Below are positions 38,536 to 52,331 of a stretch of 64,000 nt of DNA, one piece after another (the first letter of the stretch is position 1; each line of letters begins with the position of its first letter). Made by a program: the position numbers and the translations under genes. The stretch spans positions 26,350,001 to 26,414,000 of the forward strand of contig OX597832.1 of assembly GCA_951406725.2 (NCBI GenBank). Direction: 5' to 3'. Source of the stretch: Octopus vulgaris (taxonomy: Eukaryota). Below the pieces are notes generated by a model. The model saw only the letters and a program-made list of their open reading frames with translations. It did not search any database and was not told the DNA's origin.

Positions 38536-39284
38536 TTAAAAGAGAGCACTCAGTTACGGATATCCTAACTAGTCCAAATATCCCTCTGTTTTTATCCATG
38601 CAGGTACTGTATATAAAAGCAATGTATTTACACATATCCTTACATTAAGAGCAGGTCAAAAATCTATAGATATATTCTGTAGTAAAGTATAGGACTGAAA
38701 CAAAACGCTGTTAATCAACATCACCACCATTGTCGTTTAATGTCTGCTTTCCATGCTGGCATGGGTTGGATGGTTCAACTGGGGTCTGGGAAGCCAGAAG
38801 GCTGCACCAGGCTCCAATCTGATCTGGCAAAGTTTCTACAGCTGGATGCCCTTCCTAACGCCAACCACTCCCTGAGTGTAGTGGTGTTCTTTTTACATGC
38901 TACCAGCACGAGGGCCAATCAGGTGGTACTGGCATTGACTACGGTATACTGGGCTTCGTATAGTTTACCCCAGTGTCACTTTAATGGCATGCACTGCTCT
39001 CTCACTCAATAATAATAATAAGAAGAAGAAGAAGAAGAAGAAGAAGAATGGCTTAATTTTGGCAAAAGGCCAGTATTGGGGGGGCGTTGATTACAACCCC
39101 CAGTAGGTAACTGGTACTTATTCTATTGACATCGCAATGATGAAAGGCAAAGTTGATCTTGGCAGGATTTGAACTCAGAATGTAAAGACAGACAAGATAC
39201 TGCTAAACATTTTGCCAACAACAATAATAATAATAATAATAATAACGATAATAATCCTCTACAAGAAGTAATTTGACATCTCAC

Positions 39285-39464
39285 CTTGTAGCCTTCGTAC
39301 TCATTCTGAACTGAATTCAGTTGAGCCTGCACGTCATCCAGCTGCTGCTGTAGGGATTGAACCTGTTTCTCTTGGATTTTCATCGATCTCTGATGCACTT
39401 CGGTTGTGGTTTTCAGCCGTTCCTCAAGGTTATGATTCTCAACACTCATCTCAGACATCTGCAG
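39285..39464 (-). CDS. GCC2: GCC2 exon: LQMSEMSVENHNLEERLKTTTEVHQRSMKIQEKQVQSLQQQLDDVQAQLNSVQNEYEGYK
   Basis: ttccag/gtgaga boundaries, 180 nt, coiled coil. Confidence 0.94.
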
Positions 39465-39556
39465 CTGGAATGCAGAAACACACAGGAAAATACAATGAGT
39501 ACATCAAGTCAAAATAGCAAGGAAGCATTCTTATGTGTGTGTGTGTGTGTGTGTGT

Positions 39557-39868
39557 GTGGAGTCGCAATGGCCCAGTGGTTAGGGCAGTGGACTCGCGGT
39601 TGTAATATTGTGGTTTCGATTCCCAGACCGGGCATTGTGAGTGTTTATTGAGCGAAAACACCTAAAGCTCCATGAGGCTCCAGCAGGGGGTGGTGGCGAT
39701 CCCTGCTGTACTCTTTCGCCACAACTTTCTCTCACTCTTTCTTCTGTTGGCCTGCTTGCTTAGCCAGCAGGGTGGCGTCATTTGAAGGCTAAAACAATGC
39801 AAAGCGCATTGTGACCAGCGATGTGTAGCAACATCTGATAGCCTGGTCGGTCACAGTGATCACAGTGA
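39557..39868 (+). mobile_element. SINE family B, tail type 2
   Basis: Family B head. The tail ...GTGACCAGCGATGTGTAGC... also occurs inverted at ~6541-6655. Confidence 0.82.
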
Positions 39869-40598
39869 TATATATATACACACACAATGGGATGCTGAAA
39901 AGTTCCTGGCTTCAAGGGTACATGAAAGGCCTGGTTGGAGGCCCAAACTTCCAAGTTCTTTCACAGGGCTTAGAAAAACTAAAGAACCCCCTACAATAAG
40001 TGTGTGAATCTGAGAGAGGAATATGTTAAATAAAGTCATAATTAACTGATCCTCCCCTATTTTCTTTTACTCAAAGCCAGGAACTTTCTAGCAGCCCCCC
40101 ACCACGTGTGTATGTGTGTGTGTATTATATGAATACATATGACAATCATCATCATTTAGCATCTGTCTTCCATATTCACACAAGTTGGACAGTTTGACAA
40201 GAGCTGGCAAGCCAGAAGACTATACCAAGCTCTACCATCTGCCCTTCCCAACAGCAACAACTTTACAGAGTATACTGGATGCTTTTTCACAGGGCACCAA
40301 CAGATGGATGGACAAATGGAGGGACAGCTGAACAGACAGGCGGACAAATGCGACAATGATGACAACAACATGGGTACTACGCATGAGCAAAATCTCTTAA
40401 TATGTAACAATTTTCTTTGGTATTGAAACAAGACATCTTCCCACCACAACACCTCTTCGGACAAAGGAACAAGGAACAGAGACAGAATTACAGAAGACAA
40501 CAAAAGAAACAAATAACTAAACAACTAAATAAACAAAACAACATTCAACTAATATTCTACGGGACAATTCCCTGCACACCACATGCATATAGACTTAC

Positions 40599-40676
40599 CT
40601 TGCATTCTTCCATCTGTTGCGTGAAATGCTCCAGCTGGCCTCTCAGCTGAGCTTCACATGTCTTCTGCTCATTTTC
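40599..40676 (-). CDS. GCC2: GCC2 exon: ENEQKTCEAQLRGQLEHFTQQMEECK
   Basis: tgttag/gtaagt boundaries, 78 nt. Confidence 0.92.
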
Positions 40677-41169
40677 CTAACAGATAAAATGTTTCAAAAT
40701 ATTAAATTTAATCAATCATTGTCCAATTTGTTTTGTTTTGTTTTTTGTTTGATTTTCGATTCAAAAATATTATTATTCTTTTTTCTTATAATTCGTTTAT
40801 TCGTTTCAATCATTTCACTGTTGCCATACTGGAGCACTGCCTTTGGTCAAACAAATCAAATTATTCTTTGTAAGTGTAGTACTTATTCTATCTATCTCTT
40901 TCGCTGAACCGCTAAGTTACGGGGACATAAACACACCAGCATCGGTTGTCAAATGATCGTGGGGTAGGGGACAAAACAGACACACAAATACATACAAACA
41001 CACATGTGGCAGCATATTAAAATACCTTTAAAGGTTAAAATTATAAACAACTTATAAACAAGAGCAAAAGAAAAAATCATTTCTAGGCCAATATGCTGAT
41101 AACAGACTTTAAATCATCAATTTCCACATTTCATTATATATTCACTATAAATACACATTGTGCTGAAAT

Positions 41170-41215
<46 letters not shown>

Positions 41216-41964
41216 GACAGGCTTCTTTCAGTTTCTGTCCACCAAATCTACTCACAAGGCTTAGGTCAGCTCAAGACTATAGCAGAAGGCACTTGCCCAA
41301 GGTGCCACGCAGTGGGACTGAACCCGGAACCACGTTGTTGGGAAGCAAGCTTCTTACCACATTTACTTCTTTCTCATATAGATTTCTTTTTTTGATGTTA
41401 ATGCTTTACTCGATGGATTGGAAATTCATGTCATAAATTTTCCCTTTTGACTTGGTCAAAGCCCTTCTGAACACCAACAGAGTGCACCAGTTACCTTTTA
41501 CTGTAGCACCAGCACTAAAGGGGTTGTCATGTTCTCAGCACAACTAAACAGCTCTCTTGATTCTATGCTTCTTTGCTCATTCACCAATTACTTTACAGAG
41601 TGTAATGTGTGTACTTCATCAAGGCACTTAACATGCCTCCACATACTTCTCCAAGCTCCCCCACACCACCACATAATCTTCGAAGATCTTACAGACCCCA
41701 CATATTCTTTCATGCCCCCACATATCCTTCCAGCTTGTGCAAACCCCTCCATGCTCCTTCACACTCCGCCATGCCCTTGCAATACCATTCATGCTTTGTA
41801 AAACTTCTCCAAACTTCTGCAAACTCCTCTATTGCCTTACATACTCTTCCACGTCTACACAAACTCCTCCGAGACTCTACAAAGTTTTCCATGTCCCCAC
41901 AAAACAGCCAAACCCACACCAAATTAAGAATTGCTTTATGAAAACAGAAGGACCATTTACTCAC

Positions 41965-42065
41965 AAGTCTCTTAGAATCGGCCAAATCTTTCTTTGCTTT
42001 CATTAGAAGCTGTTTTAATTTTTGACTTCGATCTTCAGCTTGCACCTTCTGCTCGTCAACATAAT
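41965..42065 (-). CDS. GCC2: GCC2 exon: (D)YVDEQKVQAEDRSQKLKQLLMKAKKDLADSKRL
   Basis: ttttag/gtgagt boundaries, 101 nt, K.KQLL.K.KK.LADSK signature. Confidence 0.95.
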
Positions 42066-42358
42066 CTAAAAATTAAATTTTACATAACGATAATTTTTCA
42101 GAAAATCCTAATAATATTAATAACAATAATAATAATAATCTTTTCTTGTTTTGGCACAAGGTCGGCAATTTTGATGGGTGGAGATGTCAATTACACAGCC
42201 CCAAGTGCTCAATTGGTATTTTATTTCACTGACCACCCACCCCAAAGGAATGGAAAGCAAAGATGACCTGAGTGGAATTTGAACTCAGAATGAAAAGCCA
42301 TAAGAAATACTACTAAGCATTTTGCCCAGCATCCTATTGATTCAGCAAGCTCACCATC

Positions 42359-42394
<36 letters not shown>

Positions 42395-42434
42395 TAATAA
42401 TAAAATAATAATAATAATAATAATAATATTAATA

Positions 42435-43006
42435 AAATGCCCTGATGCAGTACCAGACAATGGCTCTCATGGCTTCTAATCTTAACTGATTGGAAGTGTC
42501 ATCATGTAGATTGTTTTGTCTTGGTATAAAAGATGGGCTACAGCAAATATTCTGCTCAATACCACAGATTTGCTTGTCAGTTGTTTGACCTTAACCAGTT
42601 GAGCATGTCCCTTAGTGGCTGACGATATGTGCATCTCTGATCACGAGCAGAAGTAGTGGCGGAGCATTATAGCCGTGTGTTGAAAGGAATTCTTTGGGGT
42701 TTGAATAATTCACTTCTGGAAACATGGGTGATTCGTTCAACATTCTTAAACAACCCTTATTCAGGGACCTTTTGAGTGGAATGGGTTACTCGACAATTCT
42801 AACTGGGCGCCACCTGCAAGGTCATGCACTGTTTATCTTGATATGAGATCACCATGTTGTGCACATATGGTTGTGATGCATGTGCCTGGTGTACCCTTAT
42901 CAGACGGGTAGTCATGATGGGTATACTGGGCTTTGTATATTTTACCCCAGTGTCACTTTGATGGAACGCACTGCTCTCTCTCACTCAATAATAATAATAA
43001 TAATAA
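42435..43006 (+). mobile_element. Retroposon family D inside (AAT)n
   Basis: Matches 23955-24528, with (AAT)n on both sides. Confidence 0.85.
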
Positions 43007-43327
43007 TCCTTTCTGCTATGGGCACAAGGCCTGAAATATGGCAGGAGGGGACTAGTCAATTAATCACTGGTACTTAATTTACAATCCAGTTGAATTCACT
43101 AAATAATAGAACCAGTGCCCTAGGGAGGTTTCTGATACTCAATGGCACAATGGAACCAATGCCATACCATTCCTGACACTCCACACAGAAATGAGGACAG
43201 GTGCCTTTATTAAACAGTGGAACCTTAATGTTAAAATCTGGCCAAAGTAAAAGGAGATTAGTCAACAAGAATAGACAGGTCATTAGAGCAAAATTACTGG
43301 GAAAGTGTTAATTAAAAACCAACTGAC

Positions 43328-43490
43328 CAACTTCTTTTTGCAGAGTTTTAATGCGTTCTTCACAATGTTTGACATCATTTGTGAGTTCGGTGAGTTTGTT
43401 ATCCTTTTCACCAAGTTGGTCCTGAAGGGATTTGACAGTGCGTTCATAATCTGCAATCTCCAGATCCATCATACTGTTCTGAGTAGCTTC
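43328..43490 (-). CDS. GCC2: GCC2 exon: EATQNSMMDLEIADYERTVKSLQDQLGEKDNKLTELTNDVKHCEERIKTLQKEV
   Basis: tttcag/gtcagt boundaries, 163 nt, EIADYER signature. Confidence 0.95.
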
Positions 43491-44759
43491 CTGAAATTGT
43501 AGCAGACAAATGCAAAAATTAGCAGTGAAACATTACATATATACAAACATATACATACATATATATAGCAGAAACGTTAGCACGACGGGCGAACTGCTTC
43601 GCAGTATTTCGTCTGCCGTTACGTTCTGAGTTCAAATTCCGCCAAGGTCGACTTTCCCTTTCATCCTTTCGGGGTCGATTAAATAAGTACCAGTTACGCA
43701 CTGGGATCGATCTAATCGACTTAATCCGTTTGTCTGTCCTTGTTTGTTCCTTCTGTGTTTAGCCTCTTGTGGGTAGTAAAGAAATATATATATATATATA
43801 TTTTTTTGTTTCTTTTACTTGTTTCAGTCATTTGACTGCAGCCATGCTGGAGCACTGCCTTTAGTCGAACAAATCAACCCCAGGACGTATTCTTTGTAAG
43901 CCTAGTACCTATTCTATTGGTCTCTTTTTGCCAAACTGCTAAGTGACAAGGACGTAAACACACCAACATCGGTTGTCAAGCAATGGTGGGGGAACAAACA
44001 TAGACACAAAACACACAGACACACATGATGGGCTCCTTTCAGTTTCCGTCTACCAAATACACTCACAAGGCTTTGATCGGTCTGAGGCTATAGTGGAAGA
44101 CACTTGCCTAAGGTGTCATGCAGTGGGACTGAACCCAGAACCCTGTGGTTTGTAAACAAGTTACTTATCACACAGCCACTCCTGAGCCTATATGTGTGTG
44201 TGTGTGATCATCATCATTTAATGTCCATTTTCCATGCTGGCATGCATTGGACGGTTTGAGAGGGGCTGGTAAGTCCGGGGGCTGCACCAGACTCCATTGT
44301 CTGTTTTGACATGGTGTGTGTGTGTGTATGCACATGCATTAGGCAGGTGCCCTCTCCTATAGCCCAAGGACAACCAATGCCTTATGAGTGGATGTGGTAG
44401 ACAGAAACGAAAAGAAGCCAGTCATGTACATATGTGCATGTGTGAGCTTGTGTATGTGTGTATGCATGTATTGACTTCGTGTGGTGGTTGTAAACAAGCC
44501 TCACCATCATACAAGCGAGGTTGTTTATTTCTAGTCTTCCATGGAAAACATGTCAGGCCATGAGGAAATATCACCTCGCTAGCAAACAAGCGAGGGTTGG
44601 TGACAGGAGAGGCATCCGGCCCTTGGAAATCTGCCTTAACAAATTCCATCCGATCCATGCAAGTATGGAAACAAAAAGGACAACAGAACAAGAATTGTGA
44701 TGATGATGATACAAACAGGGATTTTAAAATGCAAACTGTACAAAAATGCTCGAACTTAC

Positions 44760-44864
44760 AATTTTAGCCGTCTGCAATTGTTCTTGTAGTTTGTTGAGTG
44801 ACTTGGACTTCTCTACGTTAACAGTTTCCAGTTGATTTTCAAGTTCCAGGACTTTGGCAGCAAT
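44760..44864 (-). CDS. GCC2: GCC2 exon: IAAKVLELENQLETVNVEKSKSLNKLQEQLQTAKI
   Basis: ctctag/gtaagt boundaries, 105 nt, phase 0, coiled coil. Confidence 0.88.
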
Positions 44865-45113
44865 CTAGAGAAGAGCAACCAGATTGTTTTTGCTGAGTAT
44901 TTTCATCTCAAACCACAACAGCAAAACAACACAGACTCTGACAGAGACAGCAGCACCCTTCGCTCCCCTTCCTTCAATTTACAACAAACACACAGGTCTC
45001 ACCCACACACGTATTCTAAACACCTTGTTCCAGGCATAAGGACCAAATACAACATCACACATCATCCGATGTGCTTTCACAGAAATCCCAATTTATATTT
45101 AATTTTATTAAAA

Positions 45114-45366
45114 CTGCATCTGAATGCCAAGGTTTCCTGCATCCAGATGCTGGGATTTCCTGTCTGAATGCCAATGTTTCCTGCATCCGAATTCCATGGT
45201 TTCCTGCATCCAGATGCCAGGGTTTTCTTGCATCCGAATGCCATGGTTTCCTGCATCCAGATACCAGGGTTTCCTGCATCCGAATGCCATGGTTTCCTGC
45301 ATCCGAATGCCATGGTTTCCTGCATCCGGATGTCATGGTTTCCTGCATCCGAATGCCAGGCTTTCC
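45114..45366. repeat. 23-bp minisatellite GGTTTCCTGCATCCGAATGCCAT, about 11 units
   Basis: Directly visible. Confidence 0.92.
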
Positions 45367-46024
45367 AAGGCCATAAAATATTTCTATTCAGTTTCACTCA
45401 ACCAAGTTCACTCACAAGGCTTCGGTCAACCCAAGACAGCAGTAGAAGACACTAGCCCAAGATGTTGTGCAGTAGGACTGAACCTGAAACCAGGAGGTTG
45501 CAAAGTGAACTTCTTAACCATACAGCCATGCCTGCACTTGTATCTTTTCTTTTTCTCAGATTGTTTAACACTTTAGCATTCAGATTTTCTAATGAAATGT
45601 ATTGCTTATTTATTCACATTGGTTTGAATTAATCACACGTTATCTCATAGCTTTGAGATTTCAATTGTATGTTTGTATATTTTTAGAATGACATTGTAGG
45701 ATAGGTGTGAGAGGCTGGATCTGGTCAGTTTTAACATAAAACAGGTAGAATATTTAAGCCAGATATGGCCAGACTAAATGCTAAAGGGTTAAAATGGTAG
45801 GATGTGATTTGAGGGAGAATTGGTTGTTATTTCCAGCAGGTCAAGTGACAGCACAAAGGCTCCTTCAAGAAAGACAATCCAAGAGCAGAAAGAGAAAAAG
45901 AGGAACACACTTAAGAAGAATACAAACCAAAAGACAGAAGACAGTACAAAACAAAAAACACCAGCGAAACAGATGTAGAGACAAGAGGTGATGACTAGGT
46001 TAATGCTAACTATAAATAGATTAC

Positions 46025-46132
46025 CTCAGTTTTCTCTTTCAAGATTTCCTCCTTTTGAATCCTCTGAGAATCTTTGTCCTTCTCCAGGAGATTTAGTTTG
46101 GAGTTTATTTCACTGATTTGGTTTTCTAAAGA
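46025..46132 (-). CDS. GCC2: GCC2 exon: SLENQISEINSKLNLLEKDKDSQRIQKEEILKEKTE
   Basis: tttcag/gtaatc boundaries, 108 nt. Confidence 0.9.
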
Positions 46133-46348
46133 CTGAAACACAAAAATGTTGGTGTTTGTTTAGCATAAATACATTGGGCAGACACTGCTTGAAGTGTGTC
46201 TAAAAGACAGCAAATTGGTGATGACGATGATGAAGATGAGGTGTAAGGAAGAGGAAGAAGAGGAGCAGGGGCACAATGACAACGAAAAATGAGACGGTGA
46301 TGTTGATGATGTTACAGATAACAATGGTAGTAATGATGAGTGTTGTTG

Positions 46349-46380
<32 letters not shown>

Positions 46381-47229
46381 GGTGGTGGTGGTAATGATGA
46401 CAATGCTGATGATGATCATAGATGGGAAGATAATGTATATGATCCTGATGATGAAATCTTTATTAGGGTCACATAGGATCAGAACATAGAATGGGGACAT
46501 TACAAGACAGACAAATATAAAATGTTGGATGAGTTCGAATCATCATCATCATCGTTTAACGTTCGTTTTCCATGCTAGCATGGGTTGGACGATTTTGACT
46601 GAGGACTGGCGAACCAGATGGCTGCACCAGGCTCCAATCTTGATCTGGCAGAGTTCCTACAGCTGGATGCCCTTCCTAACGCCAACCACTCTGAGAGTGC
46701 AGTGGGTGCTTTTACATGCCACCGGTACAAGGGCCAGATTATAATAAAAATTTACTTATATATAATTTAATAAAATAATTAATTTGAAAATTTTTCACTG
46801 GAACTGTTTTTTTTTTTTTAAAATAAAAACCATAAACAGAAGAAATAAAGAATATAAAAAAAGGAAAAAAATTAACCCAGCAGCCTTTAAGGCCCTGCAG
46901 CTCGCTTTCCCTTTCCTTGATGATTAAGCTGGGTTACTAGCACCCACCTTTTTCATCACATCCTTCCATCGATGATGATGATGACAATGGGTCATGGGGG
47001 TGACAATGGGCTGGTGCCACCAGTGCCACCACCAACAACAGTGGACATGATTATAGGTGGTGGTGGTGGTGATGATGACAATGATGACAGTTACAGTGAT
47101 GGTAATGATGATGGTTATGATGTAATAACAATGACTATGTCGACAACGGCGATGAAGTTGATGGCTATGATGATGACGATGATGATGATGACGATGATGA
47201 AGAACTTGAAAGGTATTTCCATGTCTTAC

Positions 47230-47418
47230 CTTATTCTCAGCCGACGTGGCCTCCAACAGCTGGTTGACCTTATCCTTGTCCTCTTTCAAGCTGATATGCT
47301 TCAATTTGAGATCCGTCAGCTCGGACACAATCTGCTGCAAGTCTTTCTCAAGCTTCTGACATTTCTTCTTCTCGTCTTCCCAATTATCGTGCAGCTTGTC
47401 ATATTCCTGCTGCAGACA
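47230..47418 (-). CDS. GCC2: GCC2 exon: CLQQEYDKLHDNWEDEKKKCQKLEKDLQQIVSELTDLKLKHISLKEDKDKVNQLLEATSAENK
   Basis: ttttag/gtaaga boundaries, 189 nt. Confidence 0.92.
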
Positions 47419-47694
47419 CTAAAAAAAAGATAATCACAAAAAAATAGTCAACATTGCTTTTATTCCCAGAACATTTACATGGGAACTTGTACTGCTTCTA
47501 ATCTGTGTGAGGCCAATGCAATTTTGCACCTCACCTTCAAAAATGCATTTTTTGAAAAAAAATTTCTTTGGATTCCTAGGTTTTACATGTCAGAGATTAC
47601 AAATAAGCCAAATTAAAATTTTCCAAATTTTAAGTTCTTCTTCAGAGGTATTTACTGAGTCAGGGCAACACATCTGACCCATTTTTTAAATTTT

Positions 47695-49389
47695 CAGTGG
47701 TGCTTCTACCCAGCACAAAACTGAACTGCATCTCATCTAAGCAGACTCTCTCCCTAATGAGATGGGCTATGACCCTCTCCATGACCTTGATCCAGCAGTT
47801 TGATACCCCTGTAGTTATTTCTATCTAGAGCATCACCTTTACTCTTGTAGCAGTTGACTATGATGCTGCTACGCCAGTCATTGGGCATGACTCCATCATG
47901 TACCACCTGGTTTACAATGCGGGTAACTAGGCCATAGCCCACACCACCAGATGTTTTAAGCATCTCAGCAGTGATTCCAGATGGGCCGGGGGCTTTTCCT
48001 GGCTTCATACCCTTAATTGCTTTATCTACTAGGGAGCTGTCTATTTGGATAGCTGGTCCCTCTACTGGCTCAAGATTTGGCAGGCTCTCCTCCTCCCATT
48101 CATTCTCTACATCCAGCAGTCTTTCCTAATGTCTTCTCCAAGCCTCTTTCTTTCCAGAATCATTAAAAGTAAGTGCACCATCATCCATGCGGACACATTT
48201 CTCTCCTGTAACATCACAATTTTCTCTCACACACTGTCTTGCAATCCAAAATACCTCAGTTCTTTGGTCCTCACGTCGCTGGACATTGGCAAACTTCTTT
48301 TCTGCTTCGCCCTTGGCTATGTATACCTGCCACCCAGCCTCCCTTTTGGCTACCTGGTACCGTTCGCTGCTACCGACATCCTTCCAGGCTTTCCAGGCCT
48401 GTTTCTTTGCCCTAACGGCCTTGTCTACCGTACTATTCCACCACCATGTAACTCTAGGTCTGGAAGAGACTTTGCACCATCCACAGACTTAGTATGTGGC
48501 ACTCATCAAGCTGTACTGTAGGAATTCCAGATACCTTTTATGTCCGATGTCTGTAGCTTCTCCTCCCTCTCCTGAAATTTCTTGATGAGGATGTCCCTAA
48601 ATCTCTGACCATGTGAAGGGTTCTTTAGTTTCCAAATCCTTCTTTTTGGGATTGGTTTACTTATTGATATCCTTCCGGCCTTGAGCTTAAAGTCACTAAT
48701 GACTAGCCCATGCTGGGGGATACATTCTTCACCCGGGAGGGTCTTTGTATTTAAGAGCAACCCTGCATCCCACTGTTTGGTGAGGATAAAATCAATCTGG
48801 CTAGCGGAGACCCCTGATTGATAGGTTATAAGGTGGCTGTCTGGCTTCCTGAAGTTAGTGTTGCAGATTAAAAGGTTACATGCATCACAGAACTCTAGTA
48901 GCCTGGTTCCCTCATCGTTTCATGTGCCAATACCATGGCCACTGTGTACCCCAGTAAAGATACCAGATTTCCACCCAACATGCCCATTAAAGTCTCCAGC
49001 CACAAAGATGAGGTTATTGCCACACGTCTTTGAGGTAGCCTGTAGAAGGGTATCATAAAAGTGGTCCTTCTGATCATTTGGTAGCCCCGCATGTGGGGCG
49101 TAGGCGGATATAATTGTAGCTGTGCTGTATTTAGGACTAACCTGAGCTTAAGCACTCTATCGCATACCCTAACAACCTCTATGACCTTATCCACCCATTT
49201 CTCTGCAAGGAGTATGCCTACACCCCTTACACCATCCATGTTACCTTGCCAGAAGATTTTATACCTATGTGCCTTGCCTGTGAGGACCCTAGCTGAAGCT
49301 CCTCTCCATCTTACCTCTTGTATGCAGCATACATCAACCCGTCTCCTTTCAAGCATTTCTACAATCTCACTAGACCTACCTTTCAGTGT
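47695..49389 (-). mobile_element. Decayed RTE-clade LINE (APE endonuclease plus start of RT), frameshifted and truncated
   Basis: VDVCCIQEVRW..GVGILL, GDFNGHVG, SQIDFIL, QHGLVISD (endonuclease). GKAPGPSGITAEMLK..KGDALDRNNYRGIKLL (RT N-terminus). Confidence 0.92.
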
Positions 49390-50408
49390 GAGGTTTGGGG
49401 AGGAGGGATGTTATTCAGCACCTGAAAAGAAGAGGGTTGTTGTGGTGTTCGTTTTTTAGGCATACTTCATCTGTTCTCTCTTCTAACCTGACAACATTAA
49501 AGCATTCAGGAATGTTAAGATTGTTGCCCCTACTGGAGATAGGAGCTAGTGTTATCAATGTTGTAAGTATAAGCATTATGGTCATTGAATGTTAAGTAGG
49601 TGGGCAGATAACCTGGTTGCGTCTGTCCCGATAGAGAAAGAGAAAGAGAAGAGGTAGAGAATGAGAGGGAGAGAGAGGGAGAGGGAGAGAGGGAGAAAGA
49701 GAGGGAGGGAGATAGAGAAAGAGAGGGAGAGAGATAGAGAAAGAGAGGGAGGGAGATAGAGAAAGAGAGGGAGGGAGATAGAGAAAGAGAGGGAGGGAGA
49801 TAGAGAAAGAGAGGGAGGGAGATAGAGAAAGAGAGGGAGGGAGATAAAGAAAGAGAGGGAGGGAGATAGAGAGAGGGAGGGAGAGAGAAAGAGAGGGAGG
49901 GAGATAGAGAGAGGGAGGGAGGGAGATAGAGAAAGAGAGGGAGAGAGATAAAGAGAGGGAGGGAGATAGAGAGAGGGAGGGAGGGAGAGAGATAAAGAGA
50001 GGGAGGGAGATAGAGAGAGGGAGGGAGATAGATAAAGAGAGGGAGAGAGACAGAGAGAGGGAGAGAGACAGAGAGAGGGAGAGTGACAGAGAGAGGGAGA
50101 GAGACAGAGAGAGGGAGAGAGACAGAGAGAGGGAGAGAGACAAAGAGAGGGAGAGAGATAATGAGAAAGAATATGGAAGGAGGGGTAGAGACGGAGAGAG
50201 AAAGAGAGACAGACAACCAGAAGTATGTTATTAAGACGCAAAGCAAAACAGACAAAGATCTGAGTCTTTATGAAATGTGGCCTGAAAAGCCCACCACAAC
50301 CAGTTTAGTGAAACCCAAAGGAAACAAGACAATGTCATTGTATTCCTAAATCCCACATTGCTGGAACAAAAAAAAGCCAAAAGGAAGAAAAATAATCGCC
50401 CTAATTAC

Positions 50409-50426
50409 CTTGGAACTATTTTCAAC
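50409..50426 (-). CDS. GCC2: GCC2 candidate 18-nt microexon: VENSSK
   Basis: ttcttttcttgtttccatag|GTTGAAAATAGTTCCAAG|gtaatt, phase 0-0, fills the expected position before CLQQEYD. Confidence 0.72.
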
Positions 50427-50472
50427 CTATGGAAACAAGAAAAGAATGTCTAAATCACAAACTCAGCAATTA

Positions 50473-50511
<39 letters not shown>

Positions 50512-52168
50512 GTGGCCAAGTGGTTAGGACATTGGGTCCAGTTATAATGTCATGGGTTCAATTCTGGATATGAACCTTGGCAGGATGATGAAAATGTTGG
50601 TGGGAGTGATCTTACACTTTCGTCGGAGTCCAATAAGTCAGTTACCAGATTCTGCCACCAGGGCTCCCGTGTCGGTTCCGCCGGCACAGATGATAACATT
50701 TGTACAGAGCCGACATGGTCCACATCTGACAAGTTACGGAAAATTTGGAAAGCACCGCAACAGTCACGTGACCTAAAACTACACCTGTTTCGAGGTGGCA
50801 GTGCTAAGCAGTGACGCATAGAAATACAAAATTATTTGCAGTTCAAATATTCTTGAAACAAAATAACCAAAATACAGCAAACCCATTTATCTACAGCAAG
50901 AATTTTTCTCCAAGTCAAAACAGAATCAAAGGCTATCTTTTAGGTTCCAATATACCCCAAACATATTTGAACTGGTAAACAGGGTAAAGACCCCTTTCGG
51001 TCAAGAATGACCATGAGATTGCATCTAGAAAGTTCCCATCCGAGGCATAAGTCCAGATAAGGTTGTTCATGGAAGACCAATAGTTGCCATGCATACCAGC
51101 TTCCCCTCCTCATGCCACAGATGTTATCCAAGGGAAAGGCAGAGACTGATACAGCTTGGCACCAGTGACATTGCTCCAGTTTACTCAGCTGTCGAAATCA
51201 GTTGCAATGTGAAAATAAAGTGTCTTGCTCAAGAACATAACACAACAGCCGAGTCCAAGAATCAAATTCACAACATCATGATTGCAAGCCCGACGCTCTA
51301 ACCATTGAGCCATGCACCTTCACGTGATACATGGTAAAGACCCCCTTCAGTCATGAATGACCATGGGATTACACCTAGAATGTTACCCTCTAAGGCACAA
51401 GTCCAGGCAAGGTTGTTTATGGAAGACCATTAGTCATCCATGCATACCAGCCTCCCTTCTCCATACCACCAATGTTGTCCATACATAAGTCAACAAAAGT
51501 GGTCACCCTACTTCCTGGAAATAACAACCAAATTTTACTCAAATTACAACCACTGATACCTGAAAAAGAAGGACACATCAAATAATGTAACTCTAAGAGC
51601 ATATTAGGTAAAATGTAAATCTAAAGAGATTATGTCTCCAAATGACAGAAACAAAAGGACGACCATGGCTGGATTACCTTTGACCAAAGCTGTCCAGTGA
51701 CCAAACCAAAACACCACACACACACACACACAAACATGCATGCATGCACACACATCACATGTGTGCACACACACACTCAGCCAAATCAATAAGTAGGTCG
51801 TCTCGCCTTGTCTCAAGAATCATTTACTTTGCATAATTAATCCATCAACTCGTTAATTGATGCACTCCCGTTAATTAATTATTGATGGCAGACAATTTCA
51901 TCGATGACGATTTTTACAGTTAATACGTCAGACGAATTATTGTGAGGAAACAAATTCAGAGAAGACACAAATGGTTCAATATTGCACAAGGTTCTGTTTG
52001 GAGACAATTAATTGATTAATTAAACAAGGATATATGAAGAAAGGACCTGAATTGTGTGTGTGTGTGTCTTGGTGTGTGTGTGTGTGTGTGTGTATGAATG
52101 AATGGATGTAATGCAGTGTGTGTGTAGTTGTATCAGGGTGGGAAGATGAATGGAGGATGTATATATGC

Positions 52169-52204
<36 letters not shown>

Positions 52205-52296
52205 ATATTTACTTATATGAGTATGCTCATATGTATGTATGCATGATTGTATGAGTATATGTATATGTGTATTTGTGAATGTGTGTGCACGTGTAA

Positions 52297-52331
<35 letters not shown>

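Noticed and set aside
45114-45366. CRISPR-like regular repeat
   Set aside because: Contiguous units without unique spacers, eukaryotic context, no cas genes.
49466-49487. 22-nt AG/GT-bounded segment (LEERTDE)
   Set aside because: It would shift the frame between phase-0 neighbours, with an in-frame TGA.
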